64,000 bases of DNA, taken from the NCBI GenBank assembly GCA_903837555.1, contig CAILUV010000092.1, forward strand, positions 24,615-88,614. Direction: 5' to 3'. Below are positions 54,461 through 63,858 of this stretch, in pieces. The DNA is from an uncultured Alphaproteobacteria bacterium. Lineage in GTDB: Bacteria > Pseudomonadota > Alphaproteobacteria > Micropepsales > Micropepsaceae. Every line of letters starts with the position of its first letter. The first letter of the stretch is position 1. A program made the position numbers and the translations under genes. The notes under the pieces were generated by a model. That model was not told where the DNA came from. It did not search any database and saw only the letters and a list, made by a program, of their open reading frames with translations.

Positions 54461-55185
54461 GACAACAGCTTCCTAGCACGTTCCAGGTCGGCGGGCGTAT
54501 CCACCGACAGGGGCGCTTCTTCGACACGCGCCACCGCGATGCGCATGCCCGCTTCCAGCGCGCGCAACTGTTCCAGCTTTTCGCTTTGCTCCAGCGGCGA
54601 AGGCGGCAGCGCGACAAAACTTTCCAGCGCCTCGCGGCGATAGGCGTAGAGCCCGACATGATGAAACAGCGGACCGCCGCCGGTCGGCGCCGTGGCGCGG
54701 GTAAAATACAGCGCCCGGCCAAGCTGGCCCGCCGCATCCCAGGCCACCACCGCCTTGACCACCGCCGGATTGGCCTTGTCTTCGTCATTGTCGATGGGCG
54801 CCGCCAGGGTGGCGATGTCCGCCCCCGACCGTGCCAGGGCATGGACCACCACCTTGATCTGCGCGGGGTCCAGGGCGGGCAGATCGCCCTGCAGGTTGAC
54901 CACCACATCGTGCTGGCCCTTGGGGTCGATGGCCTGCAGCGCCGCCCAGATGCGGTCGGACCCCGATGGCAGGTCCGGGTCGGTCAGCACCGCCTCACCC
55001 CCATGGGATTTGATGATGTCCACGATTTGCGCTTCGCCCGCCGCCACCACCACCGGGCCGAGCCCGGCGGCCTGGGCCTGCTGCCAGACCCGCACGATCA
55101 TGGGCAGGCCCGCGATATCGGCCAGCGGCTTGGCCGGCAGCCGGGTCGAAGCCATGCGGGCGGGGATCAGAAGGACAGGATTCAT
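54457..55185 (-). CDS. kdsB: 3-deoxy-manno-octulosonate cytidylyltransferase
   Basis: IPARMASTRLPAKPL, SGSDRI, VNLQGD, HHVGLYAYR, EKLEQLRALE, VDTPADL. Confidence 0.95.
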   Translation of the reverse strand: MNPVLLIPARMASTRLPAKPLADIAGLPMIVRVWQQAQAAGLGPVVVAAGEAQIVDIIKSHGGEAVLTDPDLPSGSDRIWAALQAIDPKGQHDVVVNLQGDLPALDPAQIKVVVHALARSGADIATLAAPIDNDEDKANPAVVKAVVAWDAAGQLGRALYFTRATAPTGGGPLFHHVGLYAYRREALESFVALPPSPLEQSEKLEQLRALEAGMRIAVARVEEAPLSVDTPADLERARKLLS

Positions 55186-55289
55186 CGGGTCTTTGGAGGG
55201 CTCTTTTTCGCCCGGGTGCCGCCGGGGTTCCTTTGGCCGCCTGTGTAGGCCGGGATTGGCGCTAAAGCCAGATACCGCTTACAATTTAT

Positions 55290-55304
55290 GCGACGCTTCG
55301 CCGC
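55290..55304. promoter_or_regulatory. Putative RegA/PrrA/RegR box
   Basis: GCGAC-GCTTC-GCCGC, i.e. GCGGC-N5-GTCGC on the opposite strand, 76 nt upstream of a cytochrome c gene. Confidence 0.6.
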
Positions 55305-55380
55305 AATGACGCGGGTGCGTCGGCGGGTAATGTCGCGCCAGATTTCGCGCCGGTCCGCCCGGCTTTGGGGAGCTTTCGGC

Positions 55381-56052
55381 ATGGATTCCTTTGAGTGGAA
55401 CAAGATCATCGGCGCGGTGCTGGGCACGGTGCTCTTTATCTTCGTCGTCCGCCTCGTGGCCGAGCATGTCTATGAGCCCGAACATCCTGAAAAGCCCGGC
55501 TATGTCGTCGAAGGCGTGATCGAAGAACCCGCCGGTGGCGGTGCCGCTGCCGCGCCGGTCGCCGAAGTCGCGCCCGACTGGGGCACCGTGCTGCCGGCCG
55601 CCGATGTCGCTGCCGGCCAGGCTTCGACCGCCAAGTGCGCCGCCTGCCATGACTTCGCCAAGGGCGGCGCCAACAAGATCGGTCCGGGCCTGTTCGGGGT
55701 GGTCGACAATGCCCGCGCCTCGCATCCGGGCTATGCCTATTCCGCCGCGATCAAGGGCAAGCCGGGCAACTGGACCTATGACGAACTGAACCTGTTCCTG
55801 AAGGCGCCGGCGGTGGACATTCCCGGCACCAAGATGAGCTTCGCCGGCATCCGCAGCGAAAGGGAGCGCATCAACCTGATCGCGTATCTGCGCTCGAACG
55901 ACGATGCCCAGGCGCCGATCCCTGCGCCCAAGCCCGCGGACGCGCCCGCCGCTGCGCCTGCAGCAGCTCCGGCTGACGCTGCTGCGCCCGCTGGTGGACC
56001 GACCGTATCGCCCAAGGGTGGTGCGCCGGTTCCCGCCGCGCCGGCTCACTGA
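55381..56052 (+). CDS. Membrane-anchored class I cytochrome c (CycM/c2-like) with Pro/Ala tail
   Basis: MDSFEWNKIIGAVL anchor, CAACH, GPGLFGVV, PGTKMSFAG. Confidence 0.92.
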   Translation: MDSFEWNKIIGAVLGTVLFIFVVRLVAEHVYEPEHPEKPGYVVEGVIEEPAGGGAAAAPVAEVAPDWGTVLPAADVAAGQASTAKCAACHDFAKGGANKIGPGLFGVVDNARASHPGYAYSAAIKGKPGNWTYDELNLFLKAPAVDIPGTKMSFAGIRSERERINLIAYLRSNDDAQAPIPAPKPADAPAAAPAAAPADAAAPAGGPTVSPKGGAPVPAAPAH

Positions 56053-56060
56053 CGCAGGCA

Positions 56061-57011
56061 ATGGCGGGACAAGAGGGTAAGCCCAACGTCTTGTTCCTGT
56101 TGCCGCCGGGGTGGGATGCGCTGAGCAAGGCGCTGTTCGGCCATCAGGCCTTCAACAGCTTCCTGCACGGCAAGGATCACTATGCGCCGCAGCAGATCGA
56201 CTATTTCGTCGGCTTCCGTCCACCGCACGGCTTCCTGAAAACCCTGCCGCGCCTCAAGGCGATCTTTTCGCTGGGCGCGGGCGTGGACGGCTTTTTGCGC
56301 GATCCGGAATTTCCCCGCCACCTGCCGGTGGTGCGCTTCGTCGATGAGACGCTGCAGCGGGAAATGGCGCAATACGTCACCATGCATGCGCTGATCATCC
56401 ATCGTCAGCAACGCGCCTTCGACGCCGCGCAGAAGGAGTCGAGTTGGAAGCAACGCATGCTGGCGCGGCCGACGCGCGACGTGCGCATCGGCCTGCTCGG
56501 CATGGGCGATATCGGCGCGGTGACGGCCGAGCGTCTTTTGATGTTCGACTTCCAGGTGTTCGGCTGGAGCCGCAGCCGCAAGAGCGTGCCGGGCGTCACA
56601 AGCTTTGCGGGCGCCGAAGAGCTGCCGCAGTTTCTGGCCCATTGCGACATCATGGTGTGCATGCTGCCGCTGACCCCGGAAACCGAGAACATCATGGACG
56701 CCAAACTGTTCGCCGGATTGCCGCAGGGCGCCTGGGTGATGAATGTGGGCCGCGGCGGCCATTGCCGCGAAGAGGATTTGCTGGCGGCCCTGAACAGCGG
56801 CCATCTGGGCGGCGCGGTGCTGGACGTGTTCCAGACCGAACCCTTGCCCGCCGACAGCCCGTTCTGGACGCAGCCCAATGTGACGGTGACGCCGCATATC
56901 GCCGGCATCACCGATCCGCGCAACGCATCGGCCTTTGTGGTGGATTGCGTCACGCGCGCGCAAAGCGGCACGCCGTTCAAGAATGTCGTGGATCTGAGCC
57001 GCGGCTATTAA
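56061..57011 (+). CDS. ghrA: Glyoxylate/hydroxypyruvate reductase A (D-2-hydroxyacid dehydrogenase)
   Basis: SLGAGVD, GLLGMGDIG, LPLTPET, NVGRG, LDVFQTEPLP, TPHIA. Confidence 0.85.
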   Translation: MAGQEGKPNVLFLLPPGWDALSKALFGHQAFNSFLHGKDHYAPQQIDYFVGFRPPHGFLKTLPRLKAIFSLGAGVDGFLRDPEFPRHLPVVRFVDETLQREMAQYVTMHALIIHRQQRAFDAAQKESSWKQRMLARPTRDVRIGLLGMGDIGAVTAERLLMFDFQVFGWSRSRKSVPGVTSFAGAEELPQFLAHCDIMVCMLPLTPETENIMDAKLFAGLPQGAWVMNVGRGGHCREEDLLAALNSGHLGGAVLDVFQTEPLPADSPFWTQPNVTVTPHIAGITDPRNASAFVVDCVTRAQSGTPFKNVVDLSRGY

Positions 57012-57823
57012 AGCCGTTTGATCGCCGTTACGGGCCCGGAGACTTTTTCGATCCGCGCGACAGCTTCGTTCAGCGGCTCGATCGCCACCTGCATGTGGAA
57101 AGCGTTGGCGTGCAGCAGCATCCGCGCATCCAGCATCACGCCCATATGGCCTTTCCAGAAGACAAGGTCGCCTCGCCGGTCAGCGGCCTGCACCCTTTCA
57201 CCAAGGGCTTTTTCCATCATGTCGGTGTCGCGCGGCGCGGATTGTCCCCCGGCCTGCAAAGCCGTCTGGATCAGGCCGGAGCAATCCAGACCCGCCGCCG
57301 TCTTGCCGCCCCACACATAGGGCACGCCCACAAAGCGCTGCGCCACCGCGACGAAATCCTTTTCGCTGGCAGGCTCCAGATGGCGCTGATGCACAAAGCC
57401 ATGGCCGATATCGGCGTAATCGCCGTGGCGCTGGCGCACCGAAACCTGCGCATTCAGCGGCAACAGATCGCGCACCGGCATCTTCAGATCAGCCGCCGCG
57501 AACACCGGCGCCATCAGCGCCGACACCCGCGCCTCGCCGACAAAAGGCGCGGTCAGCGCGCCCTCTTTGACATAGCCGACATACAGATCATTGGCCGCCT
57601 GGCCCCAGGCCCAGCCATCGCTGCGGTCATAAACCGTGAAGCTTTCGCCGAACAGCAACTCGCTGTCCTGCGCCGCATCGTCCGACGGACGCGCGCGTAG
57701 TGACATACGGCCAACGCAAACGGAAAATTTTTCGCCCTCCACATAACGCGGCGCGTCCACCTGGCCTTTCAAATGGGCGGCGGCGAGATCGGCGCGTGCG
57801 GGTGTGACTCGCTTATCGGCCAT
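57008..57823 (-). CDS. NlpC/P60 (C40) peptidase with SH3-like N-terminus
   Basis: SELLFGE...GWAWGQ...YVGYV; PYVWGG...GLDCSGLIQ, GHMG, HAN. Confidence 0.9.
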   Translation of the reverse strand: MADKRVTPARADLAAAHLKGQVDAPRYVEGEKFSVCVGRMSLRARPSDDAAQDSELLFGESFTVYDRSDGWAWGQAANDLYVGYVKEGALTAPFVGEARVSALMAPVFAAADLKMPVRDLLPLNAQVSVRQRHGDYADIGHGFVHQRHLEPASEKDFVAVAQRFVGVPYVWGGKTAAGLDCSGLIQTALQAGGQSAPRDTDMMEKALGERVQAADRRGDLVFWKGHMGVMLDARMLLHANAFHMQVAIEPLNEAVARIEKVSGPVTAIKRL

Positions 57824-59180
57824 AGCGTTCTTTCAGCAGCGCATAGATCGTCCGCGCGCTGTTGGCTTCCCCGCCGATGGGGCGGCCCGGCCTGGCGCGG
57901 TCGATCCAGGCGGGAATGTCCAGATGCGCCCAGCTTCTGGCCTTGCCGACAAAGCGGTTCAGGAACAGCGCTGCGGTGATGGCGCCCGCGAAATTGTAGG
58001 CCGGATTGTTGTTGAGATCGGCGATGCGGCTGGACAGCGTGTCTTCATAGCCGCGCCACAAGGGCAGCCGCCACACAGGGTCCTGCACATCTTTTCCGTG
58101 GCGCGACAGATCAGCGGCCAGTTTTTCATCATCGGTGAAAAAGGGCGGCAGCTCCATGCCGGTGGCGGCACGGGCCGCGCCGGTCAGCGTCGCAATGTCG
58201 ATCAACAGCTCCGGCGCTTCTTCGTCGGCATCACTCAGCGCATCGGCCAGTACCAGGCGGCCTTCCGCATCGGTGTTGCCGATTTCCACTGTCAGACCCT
58301 TGCGGCTGGTGAAAATATCGCCAGGTCGCATGGCGGTGCCGGACACAGAATTTTCCACCGCCGGTATCAGCACCCGCAGGCGCAGGTTCAACTTCGCGCC
58401 CATCACCATGCCGGCGATGGCCAGGGCACAGGCCGCGCCGCCCATGTCCTTCTTCATGATCAGCATCGCGGCGGACGGCTTGAGGTCATAGCCGCCGCTG
58501 TCGAAGCACACGCCCTTGCCCACCAGCGTCACACGCGGCGCACTGGCCTTGCCCCAGACGAATTCGATCAGGCGCGGCGCGCGCGCCGAACCCTGCCCCA
58601 CCGCCGCGATCAGTGGATAATTCTTTGTCAGATTTGCGCTGCTGACCACCGACACTTTGGCGCCATGCCGCCCCGCCAGCGCGCGCGCGGCGGCTTCCAG
58701 TTCGGCAGGACCCATATCGTTGGCGGGCGTGTTGATCAGGTCGCGGGCGGAAAACAGGTTTTGCGCGATGCGCGAAATTTCTTCGCCGTCCACGCCAGTC
58801 GGCAGCACCAGCCGCGCCTTGCGTGCCGTCTTTTTCTTGTAGCGGTCAAAGCCATAGCCGCCCATCAACCAGCCCAGCGCGGCATGGGCGCCGCCGCAAA
58901 ATGCCGGCACCTCGCCCAGCCGGTACACACCGGCGGGCAGTTTTTCGGCCGCAGCCGCCAGCGCAAAAGCGTCCGCGCTATCGCCCAGCCCCAGAACCCA
59001 GGCGGCAATGCCGCCCTTGGCATCCGGCAGCGCCGCCAGCGCGCCGGACGCGCCCGCAAAGCCCGATGCCACCACCAGCCCGCTGCGCTTTTGCCGGGCC
59101 AGCCAGCCGCGCGCATCCTTTGCCCGCACCGCATGCAGGGGCACGGCGTTTTTTGCGCTGGTTGCAAGGCTTGGATGCAT
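57813..59180 (-). CDS. Leucyl aminopeptidase, M17 family
   Basis: LVGKGVCFDSGGYDLK, MKKDMGGAA, NTDAEGRLVLAD, ATLTGA. Confidence 0.94.
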   Translation of the reverse strand: MHPSLATSAKNAVPLHAVRAKDARGWLARQKRSGLVVASGFAGASGALAALPDAKGGIAAWVLGLGDSADAFALAAAAEKLPAGVYRLGEVPAFCGGAHAALGWLMGGYGFDRYKKKTARKARLVLPTGVDGEEISRIAQNLFSARDLINTPANDMGPAELEAAARALAGRHGAKVSVVSSANLTKNYPLIAAVGQGSARAPRLIEFVWGKASAPRVTLVGKGVCFDSGGYDLKPSAAMLIMKKDMGGAACALAIAGMVMGAKLNLRLRVLIPAVENSVSGTAMRPGDIFTSRKGLTVEIGNTDAEGRLVLADALSDADEEAPELLIDIATLTGAARAATGMELPPFFTDDEKLAADLSRHGKDVQDPVWRLPLWRGYEDTLSSRIADLNNNPAYNFAGAITAALFLNRFVGKARSWAHLDIPAWIDRARPGRPIGGEANSARTIYALLKERYGR

Positions 59181-59247
59181 GAAAAGACCTTACGCTTTGT
59201 GGTGCGCGACTCTATGAATCATGGGCGTTTCCCGCAAGGAGCAGGTC

Positions 59248-59910
59248 ATGGCGTACACGCTGGTGGTTGGCACGCGGCAATGGTCGAGCTGGAGCCTGCG
59301 TCCATTCCTGGCGCTCAGCGCCACGGGCGCGCCGTTCCAGACGGTGGTGATCCGCCTGCGCGTCCGTCCGCCCGCGCCCGTGACGACCAGGGATCTGATC
59401 CTGCAACATTCGCCCGCCGGCAAGGTGCCGGTTCTGAAGATCGAAGACGGCGGCAAGACCCAGACGGTGTGGGACAGCCTGGCGATCTGCGAGACCCTGG
59501 CCGAACGTCACCCGGGCGCCAAGCTGTGGCCCGACGACGCGAATGCCCGCGCCCGGGCGCGCAGCCTGTCGAGCGAAATGCATTCGGGCTTTCCCGACGT
59601 GCGCGACCAGCTCGGCATGGAATTCGCCAGCACCCTGCCCTTGCCGGAACTGCGCGAAGATACCCAAAAGCAGATCGCCCGCCTCATCGCCGCCTGGTCG
59701 GATGCGCTGGAAGAGACGAAAGGCGATTTCCTGTTCGGTCATTTCACCATCGCCGACTGCATGTTCGCGCCGGTGGTGTCGCGCTTTGAAACCTATGGCG
59801 TGCCCGTGCCGCCCCTCGTGCGCGGCTATATGGACCGGGTGCTGGCGCTGCCCGCGATGGCGGTCTGGCGCAAAGGCGCGCAAGAGGAAATCGCTGCGGG
59901 CATCGCCTAA
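59248..59910 (+). CDS. Glutathione S-transferase family protein
   Basis: WSSWSLRP, SPAGKVPVL, WDSLAICE.LAE, EMHSGF, IADCMFAPV; AAGGAG upstream. Confidence 0.92.
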   Translation: MAYTLVVGTRQWSSWSLRPFLALSATGAPFQTVVIRLRVRPPAPVTTRDLILQHSPAGKVPVLKIEDGGKTQTVWDSLAICETLAERHPGAKLWPDDANARARARSLSSEMHSGFPDVRDQLGMEFASTLPLPELREDTQKQIARLIAAWSDALEETKGDFLFGHFTIADCMFAPVVSRFETYGVPVPPLVRGYMDRVLALPAMAVWRKGAQEEIAAGIA

Positions 59911-60935
59911 TTCAGGACGCCCGCTTCGCGGTAGAACCTTGCCGCGCCCGAATGCAGCGGCGCAGGCGGGTTCTGCGCCGCCAGATGCAGGCTGATCTGG
60001 CCTGCGCCGTGATGACCTTCGGCGAGCGCGGCGCGGTTGGCGGGATGGAACATGGCGCGCGTGATGCCATAGACCAGGGGATCGGGCTCATCATCGCGCG
60101 TCACCCAATAGGCGCGCACGCCCACCGTTTCCACCGCGCCGATGCGCGGATACAGGCCGGCCGGAATCAGCGCGGCGCGAAGCTGCGGCGTCGTTTTCAG
60201 CAGGCGCTCGCGCCCCGCGCCGTCCAGCGGCACCAGCCGCCCGATATTCTGGTCGATCAGGTCGTACACGGAATCCAGCGGCGCGGCGGTCATGGTCAGG
60301 AAGGCATCGATCTTGCCTTCGCGCAACAGTTGGGCGGCGTTGCCGGTTTCGAACGGCACCAGACGGATGCGCCCCACCCTGTAAGCCGAAAGAATGGCGC
60401 GGGCGCGGAAGATCGCGCCGGTATTTTCCATGCCCCCCAGCATCACGCGCTTGCCGCGCAGATCGCCCACCGCCTGGATGTTCGACTTGGCCGCCACCAC
60501 CAGATGCGCCTGTTCGTCGAACAGCGAGGCGATGATGCGCAGATGCGTGGCCTTGCCGCTTCTGCGAAACGCGCCCTGGCCGCGCACGGCAGCCGCGATC
60601 ACATCGCCTTCGGAAAGCCCCGAATCCACCAGCCCCTGATCGATGCTGCGCAGATTGTCGGCGGCGCCTTCGCTGGTGCGCGCCGACAGGATCACGCCCG
60701 CCGGGCCGCACACAGTTGCGGTTTCGCAGCGCCCCACGCCGGGGGGATGGCTGATGACGCCCGCCAATGCCTGGCCGACGGGAAAATACAGGCTGCCGGT
60801 GGAGCCAGTCGCGATCTGGAAGGAGACGCGCGACGACGGCGCCTGCGGCCCGACATTGCCGCCCCACAGCCACACGCCCGTTACCGTCAGGACAAATCCG
60901 GCCAGGGCGAGAAGAGCGGCGATACGCTGGGACAT
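59907..60935 (-). CDS. TAXI family TRAP-type substrate-binding protein
   Basis: IATGSTGSLYFPVG, SEGAADNL, I..V.DLRGKRV, P.PLHSGAARFYRE.G. Confidence 0.88.
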   Translation of the reverse strand: MSQRIAALLALAGFVLTVTGVWLWGGNVGPQAPSSRVSFQIATGSTGSLYFPVGQALAGVISHPPGVGRCETATVCGPAGVILSARTSEGAADNLRSIDQGLVDSGLSEGDVIAAAVRGQGAFRRSGKATHLRIIASLFDEQAHLVVAAKSNIQAVGDLRGKRVMLGGMENTGAIFRARAILSAYRVGRIRLVPFETGNAAQLLREGKIDAFLTMTAAPLDSVYDLIDQNIGRLVPLDGAGRERLLKTTPQLRAALIPAGLYPRIGAVETVGVRAYWVTRDDEPDPLVYGITRAMFHPANRAALAEGHHGAGQISLHLAAQNPPAPLHSGAARFYREAGVLN

Positions 60936-61024
60936 GCGCGAATGGTTAACCCTTTATTGCGTCAGGAGTAGGGCCGTTAACGAACAGGTGCCGGCAAGTG
61001 TTACTTCTATATGAGCCAACATAC

Positions 61025-61040
61025 TTAAGGGTTTGTTGAC
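61025..61040. promoter_or_regulatory. Putative CtrA-like site upstream of the TPR gene
   Basis: TTAA-GGGTTTG-TTGAC (one mismatch to TTAA-N7-TTAAC), with GTTAAC half-sites nearby. Confidence 0.45.
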
Positions 61041-61085
61041 CGCCGGCTGGCAAGGTTCGGCGGCGTATCTTTAAGGCTGCCCCCC

Positions 61086-62447
61086 ATGGCTTACACGCAC
61101 TTCCGTTTTGGCGCTGCGCTGGCGATTCTTCTGCTCGGCTCGACCGCGCTCGTCGGCCCGGCACAGGCCGGCTGGCTGTTCGGCGAATCCAACAAGGACG
61201 CCAAGGCTGAAACAGGCACCCAGTCGGTGAAGGCGGGCACGGATGTGAAGCCGGCCGAGACTCTCGACGGCAGCATCCGCCAGGCGCAGCTTCTGCGCAC
61301 CGACGGCAATTATTCCGAAGCCATCCGCCATCTGTCGCAACTGATGATGGTCGCATCCGACGATCAGCGCGTGATCAGCGAGTATGGCAAGACGCTGGCC
61401 GCGATGGGCCGCGCCCAGGAAGCCATCAACTTTCTGACCCGCGCGCAGCAATTGCAACCGGGTGACTGGACCGTGCATTCGGCGCTGGGCGTCGCCTATG
61501 ACCAGCTTGGCAAGCAGACCGAAGCGAAGCAGGCCTACGAACAGGCCCTCGCGATCCGTCCGGGCGAAGCCAGCATCCTGTCCAACTATGCGCTGTCGCG
61601 CATGCTGGCCAACGATCCGGAAGGGGCCCAGAAGCTGATCGCCCGCGCCGAGATCGCGGGCGGCGCATCCGATACCAAGATCGCGCGCAACATCGCCATG
61701 ATCCGCGAACTGGCGCCCAAGCCCGCGCCCGACGCCGAATATGCCGTCACCAATGCCGCGCCCTCGCCTGCGCCGCGCACCAGCGTCGCCGCCACGGCCC
61801 TGCCCACGCCGCCCGCGCCTGCGCGCGCCGCGCGGGAGCCGCAACGCACCGCCGCCATTGCGCCCCGCCCGGTTCAACCCGCGCCGTTCGTCGACCTGCC
61901 GACGCCGCCGGTGCCAGTGCCTGCGCCTGCGCCGGTTCAGAACACCATGATCGAGGCCCAGCCGCAGATGGCCGCTGCGCGCCCTGCGCCGCAGGGCGTG
62001 GTGATGCAGCGCGTGCCGGAAGATCCGCTGGCCGGTCCTGTCGCCGTCGCCATTCCCCGTCCGCCCGTCGCCACCCGCGCGCCGCGTTCGCTGACGCCCG
62101 CGCCCAAATCCGATGTTGCCCGCGCCCCGGCGCAGGCGACCCCGGCGCCGGTCAAGGCTGCTGCTGCGCCCGCCGCCAAGAGTGAACCGGCCCGCAAGAC
62201 TGCTGCCAATGCGGCTGAAGACCTGCAGGCCCGCGCGGAAAAAGTCGCCAAGCAGATGGAAGCCGACAAGGGCGCCCAGACAAAACAGGCCGCCGCCAAG
62301 CCTGCGCCCGCGCAGTCCAAGCCGCAGCCCGCACCGGTCAAGGCCGCCCAAGCTAAGCCCGCCGCGCCGGTCAAGCCGACCGCGACCGCCGCAGCCGCGT
62401 CCAAGAACCCGGTCCCGGCCCTGCGTCTTAGCGCCAGCGCTTATTAG
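61086..62447 (+). CDS. Tetratricopeptide-repeat protein, TadD/CpaO-like, with long Pro/Ala/Lys-rich tail
   Basis: Signal peptide; YGKTLAAMGRAQEA, ALGVAYDQLGK..EA..AY.QAL, LSNYALS TPRs; low-complexity C-terminal half. Confidence 0.75.
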   Translation: MAYTHFRFGAALAILLLGSTALVGPAQAGWLFGESNKDAKAETGTQSVKAGTDVKPAETLDGSIRQAQLLRTDGNYSEAIRHLSQLMMVASDDQRVISEYGKTLAAMGRAQEAINFLTRAQQLQPGDWTVHSALGVAYDQLGKQTEAKQAYEQALAIRPGEASILSNYALSRMLANDPEGAQKLIARAEIAGGASDTKIARNIAMIRELAPKPAPDAEYAVTNAAPSPAPRTSVAATALPTPPAPARAAREPQRTAAIAPRPVQPAPFVDLPTPPVPVPAPAPVQNTMIEAQPQMAAARPAPQGVVMQRVPEDPLAGPVAVAIPRPPVATRAPRSLTPAPKSDVARAPAQATPAPVKAAAAPAAKSEPARKTAANAAEDLQARAEKVAKQMEADKGAQTKQAAAKPAPAQSKPQPAPVKAAQAKPAAPVKPTATAAAASKNPVPALRLSASAY

Positions 62448-62538
62448 CATCCCGTCTGATTTGCGCTTGCTGGCCGAAGCTCGCCGCGGCTGCTGAAACC
62501 GCCTCCCTCTCCTGCGCGTCTTGCCAAGGGAGTGGGAG
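62448..62538. repeat. Intergenic double-hairpin repeat element, degenerate copy 2
   Basis: GCTGAAACCGCCTCCCTC...GCCAAGGGAGTGGGAG aligns with GCTGAAGCCACCTCCCCT...GCCAAAGGGGAG at 39810-39853; also between convergent genes. Confidence 0.5.
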
Positions 62539-62545
62539 CCGTGGG

Positions 62546-63325
62546 TCAGCGCAGAATGCCGGCGGACGATTTCCACAAGACAAACGCGGCCACAAACACC
62601 ACAGCGACCGCAAAAGCCTTTGCGAGCAGGCCGCGCTTTTGCGCAAGCCGGACCGACAGTTTCACCCCTGCCAGTCCACCCGCGATTCCGCCCAGAATGA
62701 AAATGCCGGCTACCCGCCAGTCCACCATGCCGGCTGCCGCATAGGTGATCGCGGTCGTCAGACCGAACACGCCGACGGAGACCAGGGATGAGCCCACGGC
62801 ATTGATGGTTGCCATACCGCTGCCCAGCATGATCGCCGGCACAATCAGAAACCCGCCGCCGATTCCAAAGAAGCCGGACAGGAAGCCCACCACCAGACCG
62901 GTGCCCACCAGGCGTACCGCAATGCCCCTGTCGATATGGACCAGCGGGTCACCGCCGGCCGCGCGGCGGCCGAACATGCCGGCCGCCACGATCAGCATTA
63001 CGATCCCAAACAGGAACAGGAGATGCTGGCCATCGACATGCCGGCCAAGGGTTGCACCCAGCGCCGCACCTGCAATGCCCGCAAGCGCAAACACGATGGC
63101 GCAGGGCCATTTCACGGTTCCAGCCTGGGCATGGGATGTGAGGTTGGCGAAGGCGTTCACCGACACAGCGAGCGCGCTGGTCCCGATGGCGACATGCGCG
63201 TCCTTGATGCCCACGGCATAGACCAGCAGCGGCACCGCAAGAATCGAGCCCCCGCCCCCGAACAGCCCCAGGGCAAAGCCGACCAGTCCGCCGGAGCCCA
63301 GCGAAGCGAGATCGGTCCAGCCCAT
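62546..63325 (-). CDS. Sulfite exporter TauE/SafE family membrane protein
   Basis: GLFGGGGSILAVP, AIGTSA, GFFGIGGGFLIVP; ATG overlaps the upstream stop. Confidence 0.9.
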   Translation of the reverse strand: MGWTDLASLGSGGLVGFALGLFGGGGSILAVPLLVYAVGIKDAHVAIGTSALAVSVNAFANLTSHAQAGTVKWPCAIVFALAGIAGAALGATLGRHVDGQHLLFLFGIVMLIVAAGMFGRRAAGGDPLVHIDRGIAVRLVGTGLVVGFLSGFFGIGGGFLIVPAIMLGSGMATINAVGSSLVSVGVFGLTTAITYAAAGMVDWRVAGIFILGGIAGGLAGVKLSVRLAQKRGLLAKAFAVAVVFVAAFVLWKSSAGILR

Positions 63326-63852
63326 CAGCCGGCCCGGTTCCAGGGCAATGCGCCAAGGAGTTGCGCCATTCCGCACCAGCCGGACACGCCGGCAAACACA
63401 AGGCCGCCGCCGACAAAGGCCGACAGGAGAATGAATTGCGGGGCGGCCAGCCATGCCAGCAGCAGGCCCAGAAGAACCAGCGTCCCCGCGGCGATCTGCA
63501 CCTGTCGCTGCAGTTCAATGGGCTTGGTGCGGTCAACGCGCGTCGCATATCCCGCAGCCTTCCAGCCGGACAGACCGCCTTCCAGAATGAAAGCCTCGGG
63601 CGCGCCGCAGGCCTTCAGCCGGGCGGCATTGTCCGCGGTGCGCTTTCCGCTCTGGCAATGAAAGATGACCGCTGGGCGATTTTCGCCTGTCGCCGGAAGC
63701 GATCCCGCGGCCAGGGTCGATAGCGATGCGAGCCGGGCTTCGGGTATCGCTTCGCGCGCATGCTCCATCGGCTCGCGGATATCGATCAGGATGGCAGAGC
63801 CGTCGGCAAGGCGCCGCTGGGCCTGGGCTGGGGTAATGGTGGGCAGACTCAT
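63325..63852 (-). CDS. Rhodanese-domain membrane protein (YgaP-like, DUF2892 C-terminus)
   Basis: LIDIRE..E, FHCQSGKRT active loop, LEGGLSGW, RQVQIAAG...GVSGWCGM. Confidence 0.9.
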   Translation of the reverse strand: MSLPTITPAQAQRRLADGSAILIDIREPMEHAREAIPEARLASLSTLAAGSLPATGENRPAVIFHCQSGKRTADNAARLKACGAPEAFILEGGLSGWKAAGYATRVDRTKPIELQRQVQIAAGTLVLLGLLLAWLAAPQFILLSAFVGGGLVFAGVSGWCGMAQLLGALPWNRAG

Positions 63853-63858
63853 GGCTGT

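Noticed and set aside
59208-59220. Paired GANTC (CcrM) sites in the M17/GST divergent promoter
   Set aside because: Two 5-mers alone are too weak without methylome or conservation data.
61700-62420. Tandem DNA repeats in the TPR tail and cytochrome c tail (55915-56049)
   Set aside because: Low-complexity Pro/Ala coding without a regular nucleotide repeat unit.
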